Origin: an uncultured Chloroflexia bacterium
GTDB lineage: Bacteria > Chloroflexota > Limnocylindria > Limnocylindrales > CSP1-4
Length of the DNA stretch: 64,000 nucleotides
Assembly (NCBI GenBank): GCA_963712745.1
Contig: CAVQJC010000020.1
Location: 160,001 to 224,000, forward strand
Direction: 5' to 3'
Position 1 is the first letter of the stretch. Each line of letters opens with the position of its first letter. A model generated the notes under the pieces. The model was not told the DNA's origin. It worked only from the letters and a program-made list of their open reading frames with translations, and did no database searches. Below are positions 12,509-22,292 of the stretch, piece after piece. Position numbers and translations under genes: made by a program.

Positions 12509-13968
12509 AGCCGGGAGAGACCGGCTCGCTCGATGAGCAGGTCGATGGACTGCTGGCGGGTCCAGCCTAGCGCGTGGATCCCGGTGTCGACGACGAGGCG
12601 GGCGGCCCGCCAGGCCTCCGTCTCGAGGGCACCGAAGTCCTCCAGCGGCGTGCGATAGAGGCCCATCTCCCGCGCCAGCTGCTCGGTGTAGAGCGCCCAG
12701 CCCTCGATGAAGGAGCCGGCCGCGAGCCGGGCCCCGAAGCGACGGAAGTCCGGCAGCCCGGCGAGCTCCTGCTCGATAGCCAGCTGGAAGTGATGGCCCG
12801 GCACGGCCTCATGGAAGGTCGTTGCCGCCAGCCGGTGCAGGTGGCGGGAGGCTGGATCGTACGTGTTGATGAAGTACATGCCCTTGCGGCTGCCGTCGGC
12901 GCTGGGCGTCATGTAGAAGGCCGGTGGGGCTTCCTGCTCCATGTGCGGCTCGACCGCGACCACCTCGCAGCCGTCCTTCGGGAGCCGTCCGAACCAGTCA
13001 GGCGCGACAGCCTCGGCACGCATGATGAGCTCGCGAGCGAAGGTCACCAGCTCCGAAGGCTCGTCGACGTGGTTCTCTGGTGCGACCTCCAGGTGTGCCC
13101 GCAGCGCCGCGACGTGGTCGAAGCCAAGCGTGGCAACGATGGCGGCCTCGCGCGCCTCGATCTCCGCCAGCCGAGCCAGGCCGTAGTCGTGGATGGCCCG
13201 TGGATCCTCCGAGATCGTGGTCCAGGTCAGGATCTGGTGGCGATAGATGGCCTCGCCGTCGGCGAGGTGGCAGACGCCGTCCCCAGCCCGGGCATGTGCG
13301 GCGTACTCGCCAAGCATGGCCAGCCACTCCCGCAAGGCCGGGATCACGTGCTCCTCCACGGCCCCTACCAGCGCGGCCTTTTCCTCCTCGTCCAGCTCGG
13401 GGTGTGCGAGCACGATGGGCGACTGCGTCGCCGGCGACTCGACCATGCGGCGCGTCTGGACCAGGCAGCGTTCGACCACCGCCGGCGCAGCCGTCCGCCC
13501 CGAAGCCACTCCCTCGGCCACGTTGGCGCGATGTGCGGCCATCCAGGCCGGATAGGCCGCCAGACGTGCCATCAGCTTCCCGAAGCGCTCGGGCGAGTCC
13601 ACACGCTGCAGGCGTGCGAGGTCGCCGACCAGGCCCTGGGGACCGCCGTACTGGTCCAGCGCCTCCATCTCCCACAGACGTAGATCGTGGCTGCCCCTGG
13701 TCCTGGCGATGACGAAGCGGATGAGTCCGAGGGTGATCTCGTCCTCGACCGAGAGATCGAGGCTGGCGAAGCCATCGATCTCCGCCTCCCAGGCACCGGC
13801 GAGAGCCAGCATCGCAGCTCGTCCATCGGGACCGGGGTCGTCGAGCCGGTCATCCCAACGCTCATCGCCCTGCATCGTGGCCCACAGCGGGTTCAGCTCC
13901 AGGAACTGCTCCCAGGCTCGGTCGGCGAACGCATGGACGGGCGTGACGGTGGATTCAGCGAGGGACAA
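12283..13968 (-). CDS. DUF885 family putative Zn-metallopeptidase (copy 2)
   Basis: HEAVPGHHFQ, FIEGWALYTE and RAARLVVDTGIH. Same length (561 aa) as copy 1. TTG start after an GGAGG RBS. Confidence 0.92.
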   Translation of the reverse strand: MSLAESTVTPVHAFADRAWEQFLELNPLWATMQGDERWDDRLDDPGPDGRAAMLALAGAWEAEIDGFASLDLSVEDEITLGLIRFVIARTRGSHDLRLWEMEALDQYGGPQGLVGDLARLQRVDSPERFGKLMARLAAYPAWMAAHRANVAEGVASGRTAAPAVVERCLVQTRRMVESPATQSPIVLAHPELDEEEKAALVGAVEEHVIPALREWLAMLGEYAAHARAGDGVCHLADGEAIYRHQILTWTTISEDPRAIHDYGLARLAEIEAREAAIVATLGFDHVAALRAHLEVAPENHVDEPSELVTFARELIMRAEAVAPDWFGRLPKDGCEVVAVEPHMEQEAPPAFYMTPSADGSRKGMYFINTYDPASRHLHRLAATTFHEAVPGHHFQLAIEQELAGLPDFRRFGARLAAGSFIEGWALYTEQLAREMGLYRTPLEDFGALETEAWRAARLVVDTGIHALGWTRQQSIDLLIERAGLSRLEAETETDRYISWPGQALSYMIGQREILALRAQVEERDGHRFDQQAFHDQVIGHGSLPLDVLREQLPAWVEPRAG

Positions 13969-14004
13969 CGGCGACCTCCCGGCGAGTGTTGGTGGAGCGA
14001 GCGC

Positions 14005-16761
14005 TCACGCGTTGAACATGGCGATCTGGTCCGCGCCCCGCTCGACCGCCGGGTCGAGCCCCAGCAGCGGGCTCAGGACCGAAAGGTCGGCCCGCGTGCT
14101 GGACCACAGCCGGCGCACGTTGCTCCACTTGAGGATATGCCAATTGTCGGCCTCGAGGCGCGCGCTCAGCACAGGCGAGCGCTCCAGTCGCAGGCGTAGC
14201 AGCGAGGCTCGCTCGTCCGCCACCACCAGGAAGCGGACGACGTTGTCCGTGGTCTCGATGCGCGGCCCGCGCTTCATGACCGGCTCGTCGAGTGCGGCCT
14301 GCCACTCCACGTCGAAAAGGAACGCGCCCTTGCCCCGGACGTACCAGATGCAGTCGATCTGCTCCAGCACCTCCTGGGGACCGGGTGCCACCAGCGGCAG
14401 GTACACGCGCTGCTCGGGGTCGCTGAGCAGATCGCCCAGTACCCCGCCGGCGTAGCGACGCCGCTGCTCGCGTTGGGCGACCCAGGCCCGCATGCCGGCG
14501 CGATGGGCGAAATCGGTGAGCAGGCCGACCATCTCCCCGTGCTCCGCATAGCGCTGCTGCAGCGACTCGTCGGTACGCAGGAGCCCGTCCTCGGCAGGCT
14601 CGGCGCTGCGATAGCTCTCGAGCGTAACCTCAACGAGCTCGGCGTCGGCCGTCTCCGGCCCGCGGAAGAGCCGGCCGACGCGCTCGTCGAAGGCCTCCCG
14701 GCCGATTCCCCCGCTGGTGGTGAGAAGGCTGAAGATGCCCCACTCGAGCCGCTCGGAGAGCGGCTGCTTGGCCGCCCCCAGGTCACGTGGGTCGCGCAGC
14801 CACCAGAGGTCCTCCTCGAGCTCGACCAGGCGCGGGTGATCTCGCTTGCGCAGCTCCTTGCGGATGATGTCGAGCGTGAGCCGCACCGGGTCGCTGGCCG
14901 GCCCGCGGTCGGCCCAGTCGATATCTCCCTGCGCCGAGGTCACAGAGGACGATCCTCCGTCCCCGGCTCCGTCCCCGGCTCCGTCCCCGGCCCCGTCCCC
15001 GTCCCCGGACGGCTCGGTCGCGTCGGTCGCGGTCGTGGCGTGAGCTGGCAGGGGCGTGTCGCTGACGACCCCATACAACCCCGGCTCACGCTCCTCCTGC
15101 TCGGACTCATCCTCGTCCGACGTCTGCGGCGTACCCACCAGGCGGCGGAGGTGGCCCAGGTGGTCGAGCCCGAGCAGCACCTCGCCCAGCACGCGGTCGA
15201 AGCGTGTGGGCTCCCCGCGCAGCTGCAGGACGGCCACCGCGATGTCGGCGATGGCAGCCTCCACCTGGGCGATCTGGAATGGACCCGACCGGTCGGAGGA
15301 CGATCGGATGGCCACGTCCCGGTCGGCCGTGGCTGAACGAGGAAGCGCGAACTGGACCGTACCGTCGATGCCCCGCTCCGACGCCCCAAGGACGGCATCG
15401 TCGACGCGCAAGCCCGCGCCCACGCCGCCGATGACCACGGCCACGAGCGCCTCCGGGCTGGCGCCCTCGAGCATGACCACGGTCTGGGCATCTGGCAGGA
15501 GCACCGGTCGCACCGCGCTCAGCGCTCGTTGCAGGGTGGCCGCGTCGCGCGCCCATTCGGCCTTGGTGGCAGGACCGAAGACGCTCGCCAGCGGGAGGGT
15601 GGCGGCGCCCTCGGGCCCGATGGCCAGGGACGAGGCGAGGTAGGCAAAGGCCAGGTTATCGGCCGACCAGTGGATGGGCGGTTCGGTCAGGACCAGCTTG
15701 ATACCGCGGCGTACGCGCGGCCGGGCCCCCGGCTCCGAGCCTGGACGCGGGGGTGGACCGAACGTCTCTCGTCCGTGGGGTAGGCCGAAGCGCAGGGCCA
15801 CGTTGGCGCTGCCGTCCTGCAGCGCTCGCAGGTCCGGGCCCACGCGGGCGGGCGTCCGCCCTCCGCCGGCCTCGACGGCCTGGACGAAGGCTCGCACCGT
15901 GCGCGTACCCTCCTCGAAGGCGGCCCAGGCGTTGCGTTCGCGCCACTGGCGGGACGTCGAGCCGCGGACGTGACCGGCGCTGATGCGGACCCCGGAGACC
16001 CGGCCCGGATAGCCGTTCAGGCGGCTGATGGCGAGGACCATATGCACCACCGCCAGCCGCAGGGCGGCCTGCACCGAGGGCGCGCGCAACTCGGTCTCGA
16101 TACGGTCGAGGATGGCCGCCAGCGCGACCTGGGCGCGAGGGGGGTAGAGGTCCACCATCTCGGCGGGTAGAGGATGATCGGCGGTCGGTGCCGGGAAGCG
16201 CTGGCGCAGCATCTCGCGGGCCGCGGAAGCGTCCACCGAGCGTGCACGATAGAGGTCGTCGGGGTCGACCGCGATAGGGCGCTTCTCAGCCCGACCATCG
16301 CGGCAACGTGGGCAGGAGAACGTCTTGCGCGAAGGGTCGCTGGCATCGGCCTCCCACACGAACTCGCTAACGGTCACGGTGTTGCCACAGCCGGGGCAGC
16401 GGGAGGCATAGCTGGCTTCGATGACCGAGCGCAGACCGCCCTCCATGCCGCGGGCATCTACGGCGATGCCGGACACGGCTGCGTCCAGGTGGCGCAGGTC
16501 AGGCGGACGCAGGACGATCTCGGCCACGAGCCGTGTGAGGGCCGTGGACTCGATGGCGAATGAGCGGCGCAGCGCATCGATGGCGCAGCGCGTCACCCAT
16601 CCGCCTCGCCCATGCAGCTCGAGCACGACGTCCCCGGCCTTGGTGCGGGAGTCGATCTGGGCGGCCAGGGCCGCCAGGTCCGGCACCGGCGCGAGGCGCT
16701 CGAAGGCAGGCAGGATGGGGCCGCGTGTATGAGTCTGGGAGGGCTTCTGCGGGTCCGCCAT
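14005..16761 (-). CDS. Zn-ribbon adenine-DNA-methyltransferase-like protein with degenerate motifs, fused to a C-terminal restriction-endonuclease-like domain
   Basis: TKAGDVVLELHGRGG (motif I remnant), RCPGCG...SCPRC, DLYPPRAQVAL, ERNAWAAFEE, LVLTEPP (motif IV remnant), VRPVLLPDA, and C-terminal IDCIWY...FLFDVEW. Confidence 0.65.
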   Translation of the reverse strand: MADPQKPSQTHTRGPILPAFERLAPVPDLAALAAQIDSRTKAGDVVLELHGRGGWVTRCAIDALRRSFAIESTALTRLVAEIVLRPPDLRHLDAAVSGIAVDARGMEGGLRSVIEASYASRCPGCGNTVTVSEFVWEADASDPSRKTFSCPRCRDGRAEKRPIAVDPDDLYRARSVDASAAREMLRQRFPAPTADHPLPAEMVDLYPPRAQVALAAILDRIETELRAPSVQAALRLAVVHMVLAISRLNGYPGRVSGVRISAGHVRGSTSRQWRERNAWAAFEEGTRTVRAFVQAVEAGGGRTPARVGPDLRALQDGSANVALRFGLPHGRETFGPPPRPGSEPGARPRVRRGIKLVLTEPPIHWSADNLAFAYLASSLAIGPEGAATLPLASVFGPATKAEWARDAATLQRALSAVRPVLLPDAQTVVMLEGASPEALVAVVIGGVGAGLRVDDAVLGASERGIDGTVQFALPRSATADRDVAIRSSSDRSGPFQIAQVEAAIADIAVAVLQLRGEPTRFDRVLGEVLLGLDHLGHLRRLVGTPQTSDEDESEQEEREPGLYGVVSDTPLPAHATTATDATEPSGDGDGAGDGAGDGAGDGGSSSVTSAQGDIDWADRGPASDPVRLTLDIIRKELRKRDHPRLVELEEDLWWLRDPRDLGAAKQPLSERLEWGIFSLLTTSGGIGREAFDERVGRLFRGPETADAELVEVTLESYRSAEPAEDGLLRTDESLQQRYAEHGEMVGLLTDFAHRAGMRAWVAQREQRRRYAGGVLGDLLSDPEQRVYLPLVAPGPQEVLEQIDCIWYVRGKGAFLFDVEWQAALDEPVMKRGPRIETTDNVVRFLVVADERASLLRLRLERSPVLSARLEADNWHILKWSNVRRLWSSTRADLSVLSPLLGLDPAVERGADQIAMFNA
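14957..15008. repeat. 12-bp tandem repeat CCGTCCCCGGCT (about 4 copies) encoding a GDGA linker
   Basis: Direct reading. It encodes GDGDGAGDGAGDGAGDGG in an acidic linker of the MTase-like gene. Confidence 0.85.
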
Positions 16762-16886
16762 CGTGTACCCCTGAGTCTATCGGGGGAGGGCCGAACAGGC
16801 ATCGGTTCATTCGGCGGGTGGGCGCCGCCGAACGTCAGGACTGGCGCTATTCCGATGGACCGGGGCTGGGTGCCCTGGGCTCGACC

Positions 16887-17831
16887 CTACAGCTCGTCGC
16901 CTTCTTCGTCGATATCGACGTCGTCGTCATCGTCGTCGTCGTCCGAGGCCAGCAAGCCCTCGCCCTCGATCTGGAAGCCTTCTTCGGCCTGTGTCTCGGC
17001 CGGCAGCACGGAGCCGATGTCCTCGAACGACTCGGGCTCTTCATCGAGCTCGAGCTCCTCCTCCAGGTCGGACTCCTCGCGTACGAGCGTGCCCTTGGTG
17101 TAGGGCCGAAGGTCGCTGACCTTGGCCGCGGTCGGGAATGAGACCTTGCCGTAATTCGAGGGGTCCTGGTAGGTCTCGCGGATGATGATACGCACGTCCT
17201 CGTCTCCGAGGCTGGTGACGCCGGCAGCGTACTTGTTGCCATCGGCCATGAGGCGCAGCAGGCGAGCCGCCACGCGGGGCTCCACCGCGCCGATCTTGAC
17301 GCCATTGGACTTGGCCACGACGCGCGGGCCCGACGGGCTGAGCTCGACGAAATCTCCGGGGTTGACCTGGGCCAGGTCGGTAGGGCTGGCCAGGTCCACC
17401 AGGTGAGCGAAACCGGTCTTTCCGGTCTCCTCCACGAAGATGCTCACCTTTGCCTTGCTGCCCACCTGCGCCGGGACCGTGCGGGAGCCGGCATCGACCA
17501 TGAGCGTGCGCAACCGACCGATGTTGCGCTCGGCGATGCGGTTGGTGGGATCGATGGCCAAGGCCGATTGGTAGTGCTCGCGCGCCTGGCCTAGCTCGCC
17601 TTGTTCCCAGTAGGCCTTCGCAGCGCGGTTCTCGGCGGCACTGTCCGGACCCATCTCGAGGACCTTGAGGTTGATCTCCGCGGCAGCGATCCAGTCGGCC
17701 CGGCGGGCAGCGTCGATGGCCTGATCGACGAGCTGCCGCTTCTGGCGACTGGCGGTGATGGCGCTCGAGACGCCCGGAGCGGCGGCGGAGGGGGCAGCTG
17801 GCTGGTTCTCGGTCAGCGGGTCGAAGCTCAT
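16887..17831 (-). CDS. TPR protein with a C-terminal HIRAN-like beta domain and an acidic tail
   Basis: TPR helices (NRAAKAYWEQGELGQAREHYQSALAIDPTNRIA), then FVEETGKT, LAQVNPGDFVEL...KIGAVEPRVAARLLRLMADGNKY and an Asp/Glu-rich tail. ATG 17831 has a GAGGA RBS. Confidence 0.75.
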   Translation of the reverse strand: MSFDPLTENQPAAPSAAAPGVSSAITASRQKRQLVDQAIDAARRADWIAAAEINLKVLEMGPDSAAENRAAKAYWEQGELGQAREHYQSALAIDPTNRIAERNIGRLRTLMVDAGSRTVPAQVGSKAKVSIFVEETGKTGFAHLVDLASPTDLAQVNPGDFVELSPSGPRVVAKSNGVKIGAVEPRVAARLLRLMADGNKYAAGVTSLGDEDVRIIIRETYQDPSNYGKVSFPTAAKVSDLRPYTKGTLVREESDLEEELELDEEPESFEDIGSVLPAETQAEEGFQIEGEGLLASDDDDDDDDVDIDEEGDEL

Positions 17832-17979
17832 TCGTTCCTCGGGGCATGGATTGAAGGTCCGCACACGGGCGGAGGGCCGAAGGGTATCGCAGGCATAGCC
17901 ACACACCAGCGGCTGGCGAACACGAATCGTACCACCACTCCCCACACACGCCCGCTACCCCGCCGAACGCGAGCGGACA

Positions 17980-19821
17980 TCAGACGCGGTGCGGCTTCTC
18001 GCGTATGAGGGCCAGGAAGTCGGGCCGCGGCAGGGTGTTGGCCACCAGCTCCGGCCGGACCCAACCGCGGCGCGCGATGGCCGTGCCCCAGGTGAGGTGT
18101 CGCCATTCGCTGCGCGCGTGGGCATCGGAGTCGACGACGAAGCGGCAGCCGGCATCGATGGCGGCGCGGATGCGGTGCTCGTCCAGGTCAAGGCGGGCCT
18201 CGCTGCCGTTGATCTCGAGCAGCGTCCCGGTCTCGGCAGCCAGCCGGTAGAAGGCCTCCCAGTCGAGGTCGAGCTCCGCTCGCTCGCCGATCTTGCGTCC
18301 CGACGGGTGACTGATGATGTCCACGTGGGGGTTGCGCAGGGCCAGCTCGTAGCGCGCCATCAACTGCTCCCGCGGCTGACGGCGACCGACGTGCAACGAA
18401 GCCACCACCACATCGAACGCGGCCAGCAGCCGGTCGTCGTAGTCGAGCCGTCCGTCGACAGTGATCTCGAGCTCGGTCCCGTGGAGGAGCAGGAAGCCCG
18501 CCGGGTTCGCGCCCGGGGGCAGGTGGCCCTCGGCGAGCTCCTGTTCGAAGCGCTCGTTGAGCTCGGCCACGACCCGCCGCTGCGCTTGCACGCGGGCCGC
18601 ATCGAGCCCGTTGGCGATGGTCAGGCTGTGCGAGTGGTCGGTGAGCACCTGGTATTCGCGCCCGTCGGCCCGCGCCGACTCGACCATCATCTCGAGCGTC
18701 TCGCGGCCATCGGACCAGTCACTGTGGCTGTGGCAATCCCCACGCAGGTCGACCCGCTCCAGCAGGCGAGGCAGGAGCCCAGCCTCCGCGGCCTCGATCT
18801 CCCCCCGGCCCTCGCGCAGCTCCGGGGGGATCTGGGTGAGGTCGAGGAAGGCGTAGAGCGCAGCCTCGTCGGCGAAAGTCAGTGGCGCGGCTGACTCATC
18901 ATCGAGGGGCACGAGTCCACGCTCGGACAGGGACCAGCCGCGCTCGCGGGCCCGGTGCCGCAGGGCCACGTTGTGTTCGGCCGAGCCGGTGAAGTGGACG
19001 AGATAGCTGCCCGCCACGCCCGACGGCATGGTCAGGAGGTCGAGCTGCGGTCCGTCCAGCAACCGAACCGAGACCCGGTCCGCCCCACCCCTGATCCCGA
19101 CCTCGAGGTCCTCGATGGCCGGCGAGGCCCGCAGGCTCTCGATGACCGACCGGGGCTCTTCGGTCTCGACGAGCACGTCGAGATCACCGACCGTCTCACG
19201 CCATCGGCGCACCGAGCCGGCGGCGGTGGCCGTGATGACCCCGGGCATCGTCTCGAGCAGTGACACCACACGCTCGGCCAGGTCGTGCGCCTCGCCCATG
19301 CGCATGCGCCGTGGGGGACGCTGCCCCAGCTCGCCGATACCCTCCACGATACGCGCCTCAGTCCTGGCGCTGATACCCCGGATCTGCTGCAGCCGGCCAG
19401 CTCTGGCCGCCCTCTCCAGCTCGGGCAGGGTGGCGATGCCAAACCTGCGCCAGACCTCGCCGGCGGTACGTGGGCCGATGCCGGGGACGGCCAGCAACTG
19501 GAGCAGGCTCGGCGGCACTTCGGCGCGCAGGTCCTGCTGATAGCCGAGCCGGCCGGTCGTGGCCAGCTCCGCGATGCGCTCGGAGATGGAGCCGCCGACC
19601 CCTCGCAGGCGGGGCCGCTCGCCGGCGCGGTATGCCGCGGCGACCTCGAAGCCGGCGCGGGCCACCGAATCCGCTGCCCGTCGGTAGGCGCCCACCTTGA
19701 ACGACGATTCGCCCTTGACCTCGAGCAGGTCCCCGATCTCGGCCAGGACCGCGGCGATGCGGGCATTGGTCAGAGCGGCGGTGGCGTCATCAGCCGGCGG
19801 CCGCATCTCGCGAGGCGCCAC
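17980..19821 (-). CDS. polX: DNA polymerase/3'-5' exonuclease PolX
   Basis: FKVGAYRRAA, HhH VPGIGP, GSVRRWRETVGDLDVLV, HFTGSAEHN, and PHP domain DCHSHSDWSDG, TDHS, DSDAH. The exact start is uncertain. Confidence 0.95.
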   Translation of the reverse strand: MAPREMRPPADDATAALTNARIAAVLAEIGDLLEVKGESSFKVGAYRRAADSVARAGFEVAAAYRAGERPRLRGVGGSISERIAELATTGRLGYQQDLRAEVPPSLLQLLAVPGIGPRTAGEVWRRFGIATLPELERAARAGRLQQIRGISARTEARIVEGIGELGQRPPRRMRMGEAHDLAERVVSLLETMPGVITATAAGSVRRWRETVGDLDVLVETEEPRSVIESLRASPAIEDLEVGIRGGADRVSVRLLDGPQLDLLTMPSGVAGSYLVHFTGSAEHNVALRHRARERGWSLSERGLVPLDDESAAPLTFADEAALYAFLDLTQIPPELREGRGEIEAAEAGLLPRLLERVDLRGDCHSHSDWSDGRETLEMMVESARADGREYQVLTDHSHSLTIANGLDAARVQAQRRVVAELNERFEQELAEGHLPPGANPAGFLLLHGTELEITVDGRLDYDDRLLAAFDVVVASLHVGRRQPREQLMARYELALRNPHVDIISHPSGRKIGERAELDLDWEAFYRLAAETGTLLEINGSEARLDLDEHRIRAAIDAGCRFVVDSDAHARSEWRHLTWGTAIARRGWVRPELVANTLPRPDFLALIREKPHRV

Positions 19822-19824
19822 GGC

Positions 19825-21105
19825 CTAGGTCGCGATGACGCGGTCGCGCCCCTGTCGCTTGGCCTTGTACAGCGCCTGGTCGGCCCGCTCCACGAGGCGC
19901 GCCATCGACACACCGTCGGGACCGGCCACGGCCACACCGACCGAGACGGTGACCGGCTCGCTGATGCCCAGGCTGGCGGGGTGCATCTTGACCACCGCAC
20001 GGCGGATGCGCTCGCCCACCTCGACGGCCTGTTCCGCGTCCGTCCTGCGCAGAAGGACCGCGAACTCCTCCCCTCCGTAGCGAGCGGGCGTGTCCTCCTC
20101 GCGGACGGCATGGGTGATGGCCGTGGCCACCGCCTGCAGCACGCGGTCGCCGGTGGCATGACCGAAGCGGTCGTTGATGATCTTGAAGTGGTCGATGTCG
20201 ACCATGAGGATGCCGATGGTGTCGTTGGCCCGCCGGCGGGGGCTCTCGATGGCCAGCGCCTCGTCGAAGTAGCGGCGGTTGGGCAGACGGGTGAGCACGT
20301 CGATCTTGGCGCCGCGCTCGGCAGCTTCCAGGGCGTACGTGCGCTGGAACGCGGTGGCCACCTCCTTGGCCGCCCACGCGAGCAGCCGGCGATCGCCTTC
20401 GCTCCAGCCTTCACGGGCGCGCCGCGCGAGCAGGAGCGCTCCCAGGAAGCTGCGCTCGGCCACCAGCGGCGTAGCCAGGGTATGGGCCAGCCCGTAGGCC
20501 GAACGCACACGCCGGGCGATCTCCTCGGCTGCCGCCGCAGCCTCGTCCGACGCGCCCACGCTCTCGCCCACGCCTTCATCGTGCTCGCCGGGCAACGCAC
20601 CGTGGGCGTCCAGCTCGGGCCGCAGGGTGGTGCGCGAGGGCGGCGCGTCGGCCTGGGCGGCCACCAGCGTCACCTCTACGGCCTGGTCCTGGCTGACGCG
20701 CGCGACCACCACGTGGTCGGCGTCGGTGGCCCGTCGCAGGTCGCTGATGACGGTGTCCACCACGGACTCCGGCGAGAGCGAGCGGGAGAGGCCGGTCACG
20801 ATGCGCCTGATGCTGGCCTCGCGTTCAAGCCGGTTGCGGGTCAGCGCGGCCGAGGTGGCGTACATCACGTAGAGCGCCAGGGCCAAGGTCACCAGGGCCA
20901 CCGCCAGCACCAGGTCGGCCACGCCGATGCCGTCCTCGTAGAGGAACCAGGCCGACGCGATGGCTAGCGCGAGCAGGCTTGCCAGCATCACGCGTAGGGC
21001 CAGATGCAGGCGACGGTTCAAGGGGGCGTCGGCACCGGAGACCGAGGCGATCTCCAGGTCGGGGACATCCGGTTCCGGGGCGGTCCGGTCGTTGGCGGCG
21101 CTCAC
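19825..21105 (-). CDS. Membrane-anchored GAF-GGDEF diguanylate cyclase
   Basis: Two TM helices, a GAF-like region, DVLTRLPNRRYF, DIDHFKIINDRFGH, RYGGEEF and an RxxD I-site (REED). GTG 21105 lies 6 nt after CATCCT. Confidence 0.92.
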   Translation of the reverse strand: MSAANDRTAPEPDVPDLEIASVSGADAPLNRRLHLALRVMLASLLALAIASAWFLYEDGIGVADLVLAVALVTLALALYVMYATSAALTRNRLEREASIRRIVTGLSRSLSPESVVDTVISDLRRATDADHVVVARVSQDQAVEVTLVAAQADAPPSRTTLRPELDAHGALPGEHDEGVGESVGASDEAAAAAEEIARRVRSAYGLAHTLATPLVAERSFLGALLLARRAREGWSEGDRRLLAWAAKEVATAFQRTYALEAAERGAKIDVLTRLPNRRYFDEALAIESPRRRANDTIGILMVDIDHFKIINDRFGHATGDRVLQAVATAITHAVREEDTPARYGGEEFAVLLRRTDAEQAVEVGERIRRAVVKMHPASLGISEPVTVSVGVAVAGPDGVSMARLVERADQALYKAKRQGRDRVIAT

Positions 21106-21160
21106 CCCGCGAGGATGGCACAGCACCACCGCCCGTGCCGCCTGCCGGGGTCGGCGGGAT

Positions 21161-22267
21161 TCAGTCCTTGGGCTGCTTCACCTTGTAGAAGTTGCGGTTG
21201 ACCCACGAGCGGATGGTGCGCAGGTTGGGCCGCACGGTGCCGTCGTCGGCCAGGTAGCCCCAGGTGGCGGGGGCCAGCACCTTCATGCTCGACTTAGGCA
21301 CCTTCATCTTCTGCACCAAAGCGTAGAGCTGAGCGGCCGCTTCGGTCGTCTTGGGGATGTTCGTATCGATCTTGTCGCGCACGGCCAGGAGCGTACCCAG
21401 CAGGCGCACCCCGGCGCCGTCGTCCTCGATGATCTCCCTGACCGCGGCCTTGACCATGTCCTGCTGCCGCTCGGCGCGGCGCCAGTCGCTGTTGTACTGG
21501 TTGCCCATCGTGCCCTTGCGGCTGCGAGCGTAGACCAGGGCGCTGCGGCACTTCGACGGCTTGGGCTTGCAGGCGGGGTCGCCCCGAAGCCGGTAGTCGT
21601 TCTGGGCCGGGAAGTACACGCCCCGTGAGCGGCGATGATGGTAGGAGTTGTCGATGACCGTCTCCTCGATGTCCACGCGTATCCCGCCCAGCGCATTGAT
21701 GAGATTGGCGAAGGTGGCGAAGCGCGTCATGGCCCAGTAGTCGATCTCCGTGCCCAGGAAGGCCTCGATGTCCTTGCGGAAGCGGTCGATGCCCTTGCGG
21801 TCGATGGCCGCGTGCTTGAGCCCGGGCTTGCGATAGCGCAAGTAGTAGATCGAGTTCACGCGCATCGATCCGCTGTTGCCGCCGCCTGCCAGCGGGATGC
21901 CGGCCATGTCTCGAGGGATGCTGACGATGGCTCCTTTGCCCGTCAGCGGGTCGATGGTCGCGACCATGACCACGTCGAGCCGCTCACCACCGGAGTTCTT
22001 GCGCCAGTCGGAGCCGATGAGCAATACGGTCAGCCGTCCGTCCTTGCCCAGCTTGACGGGCAGGCCCTTCTTGGGCCGCGTCGTCTTCTTCTTGCCCTTG
22101 TTGTTGCGCGAATCGGTTGCCAGCTGGCGCATCGAGTCGAGCGCGACGCGCAATCCGTCCTCGCTCTGCACGATGCCCGGGGACGCAGCACCGGCGGGCA
22201 GCGCACCAAAGAGGATGGACAGGGCCAGGAGCGCGACGACGACGTGCGCCGTTCTGAGTTGAGCCAT
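21161..22267 (-). CDS. LCP (LytR-CpsA-Psr) family cell-wall phosphotransferase
   Basis: Signal or TM N-terminus, TVLLIGSD, RLDVVMV, VSIPRD, ALVYARSR and DWRRAERQQ. Confidence 0.9.
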   Translation of the reverse strand: MAQLRTAHVVVALLALSILFGALPAGAASPGIVQSEDGLRVALDSMRQLATDSRNNKGKKKTTRPKKGLPVKLGKDGRLTVLLIGSDWRKNSGGERLDVVMVATIDPLTGKGAIVSIPRDMAGIPLAGGGNSGSMRVNSIYYLRYRKPGLKHAAIDRKGIDRFRKDIEAFLGTEIDYWAMTRFATFANLINALGGIRVDIEETVIDNSYHHRRSRGVYFPAQNDYRLRGDPACKPKPSKCRSALVYARSRKGTMGNQYNSDWRRAERQQDMVKAAVREIIEDDGAGVRLLGTLLAVRDKIDTNIPKTTEAAAQLYALVQKMKVPKSSMKVLAPATWGYLADDGTVRPNLRTIRSWVNRNFYKVKQPKD

Positions 22268-22292
22268 GGCCCGTTAGCCTACCCCGTCTTCA

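Noticed and set aside
14957-15008. CRISPR or phase-variation tract
   Set aside because: It is a 12-bp in-frame repeat with no spacers, so it only changes linker length.
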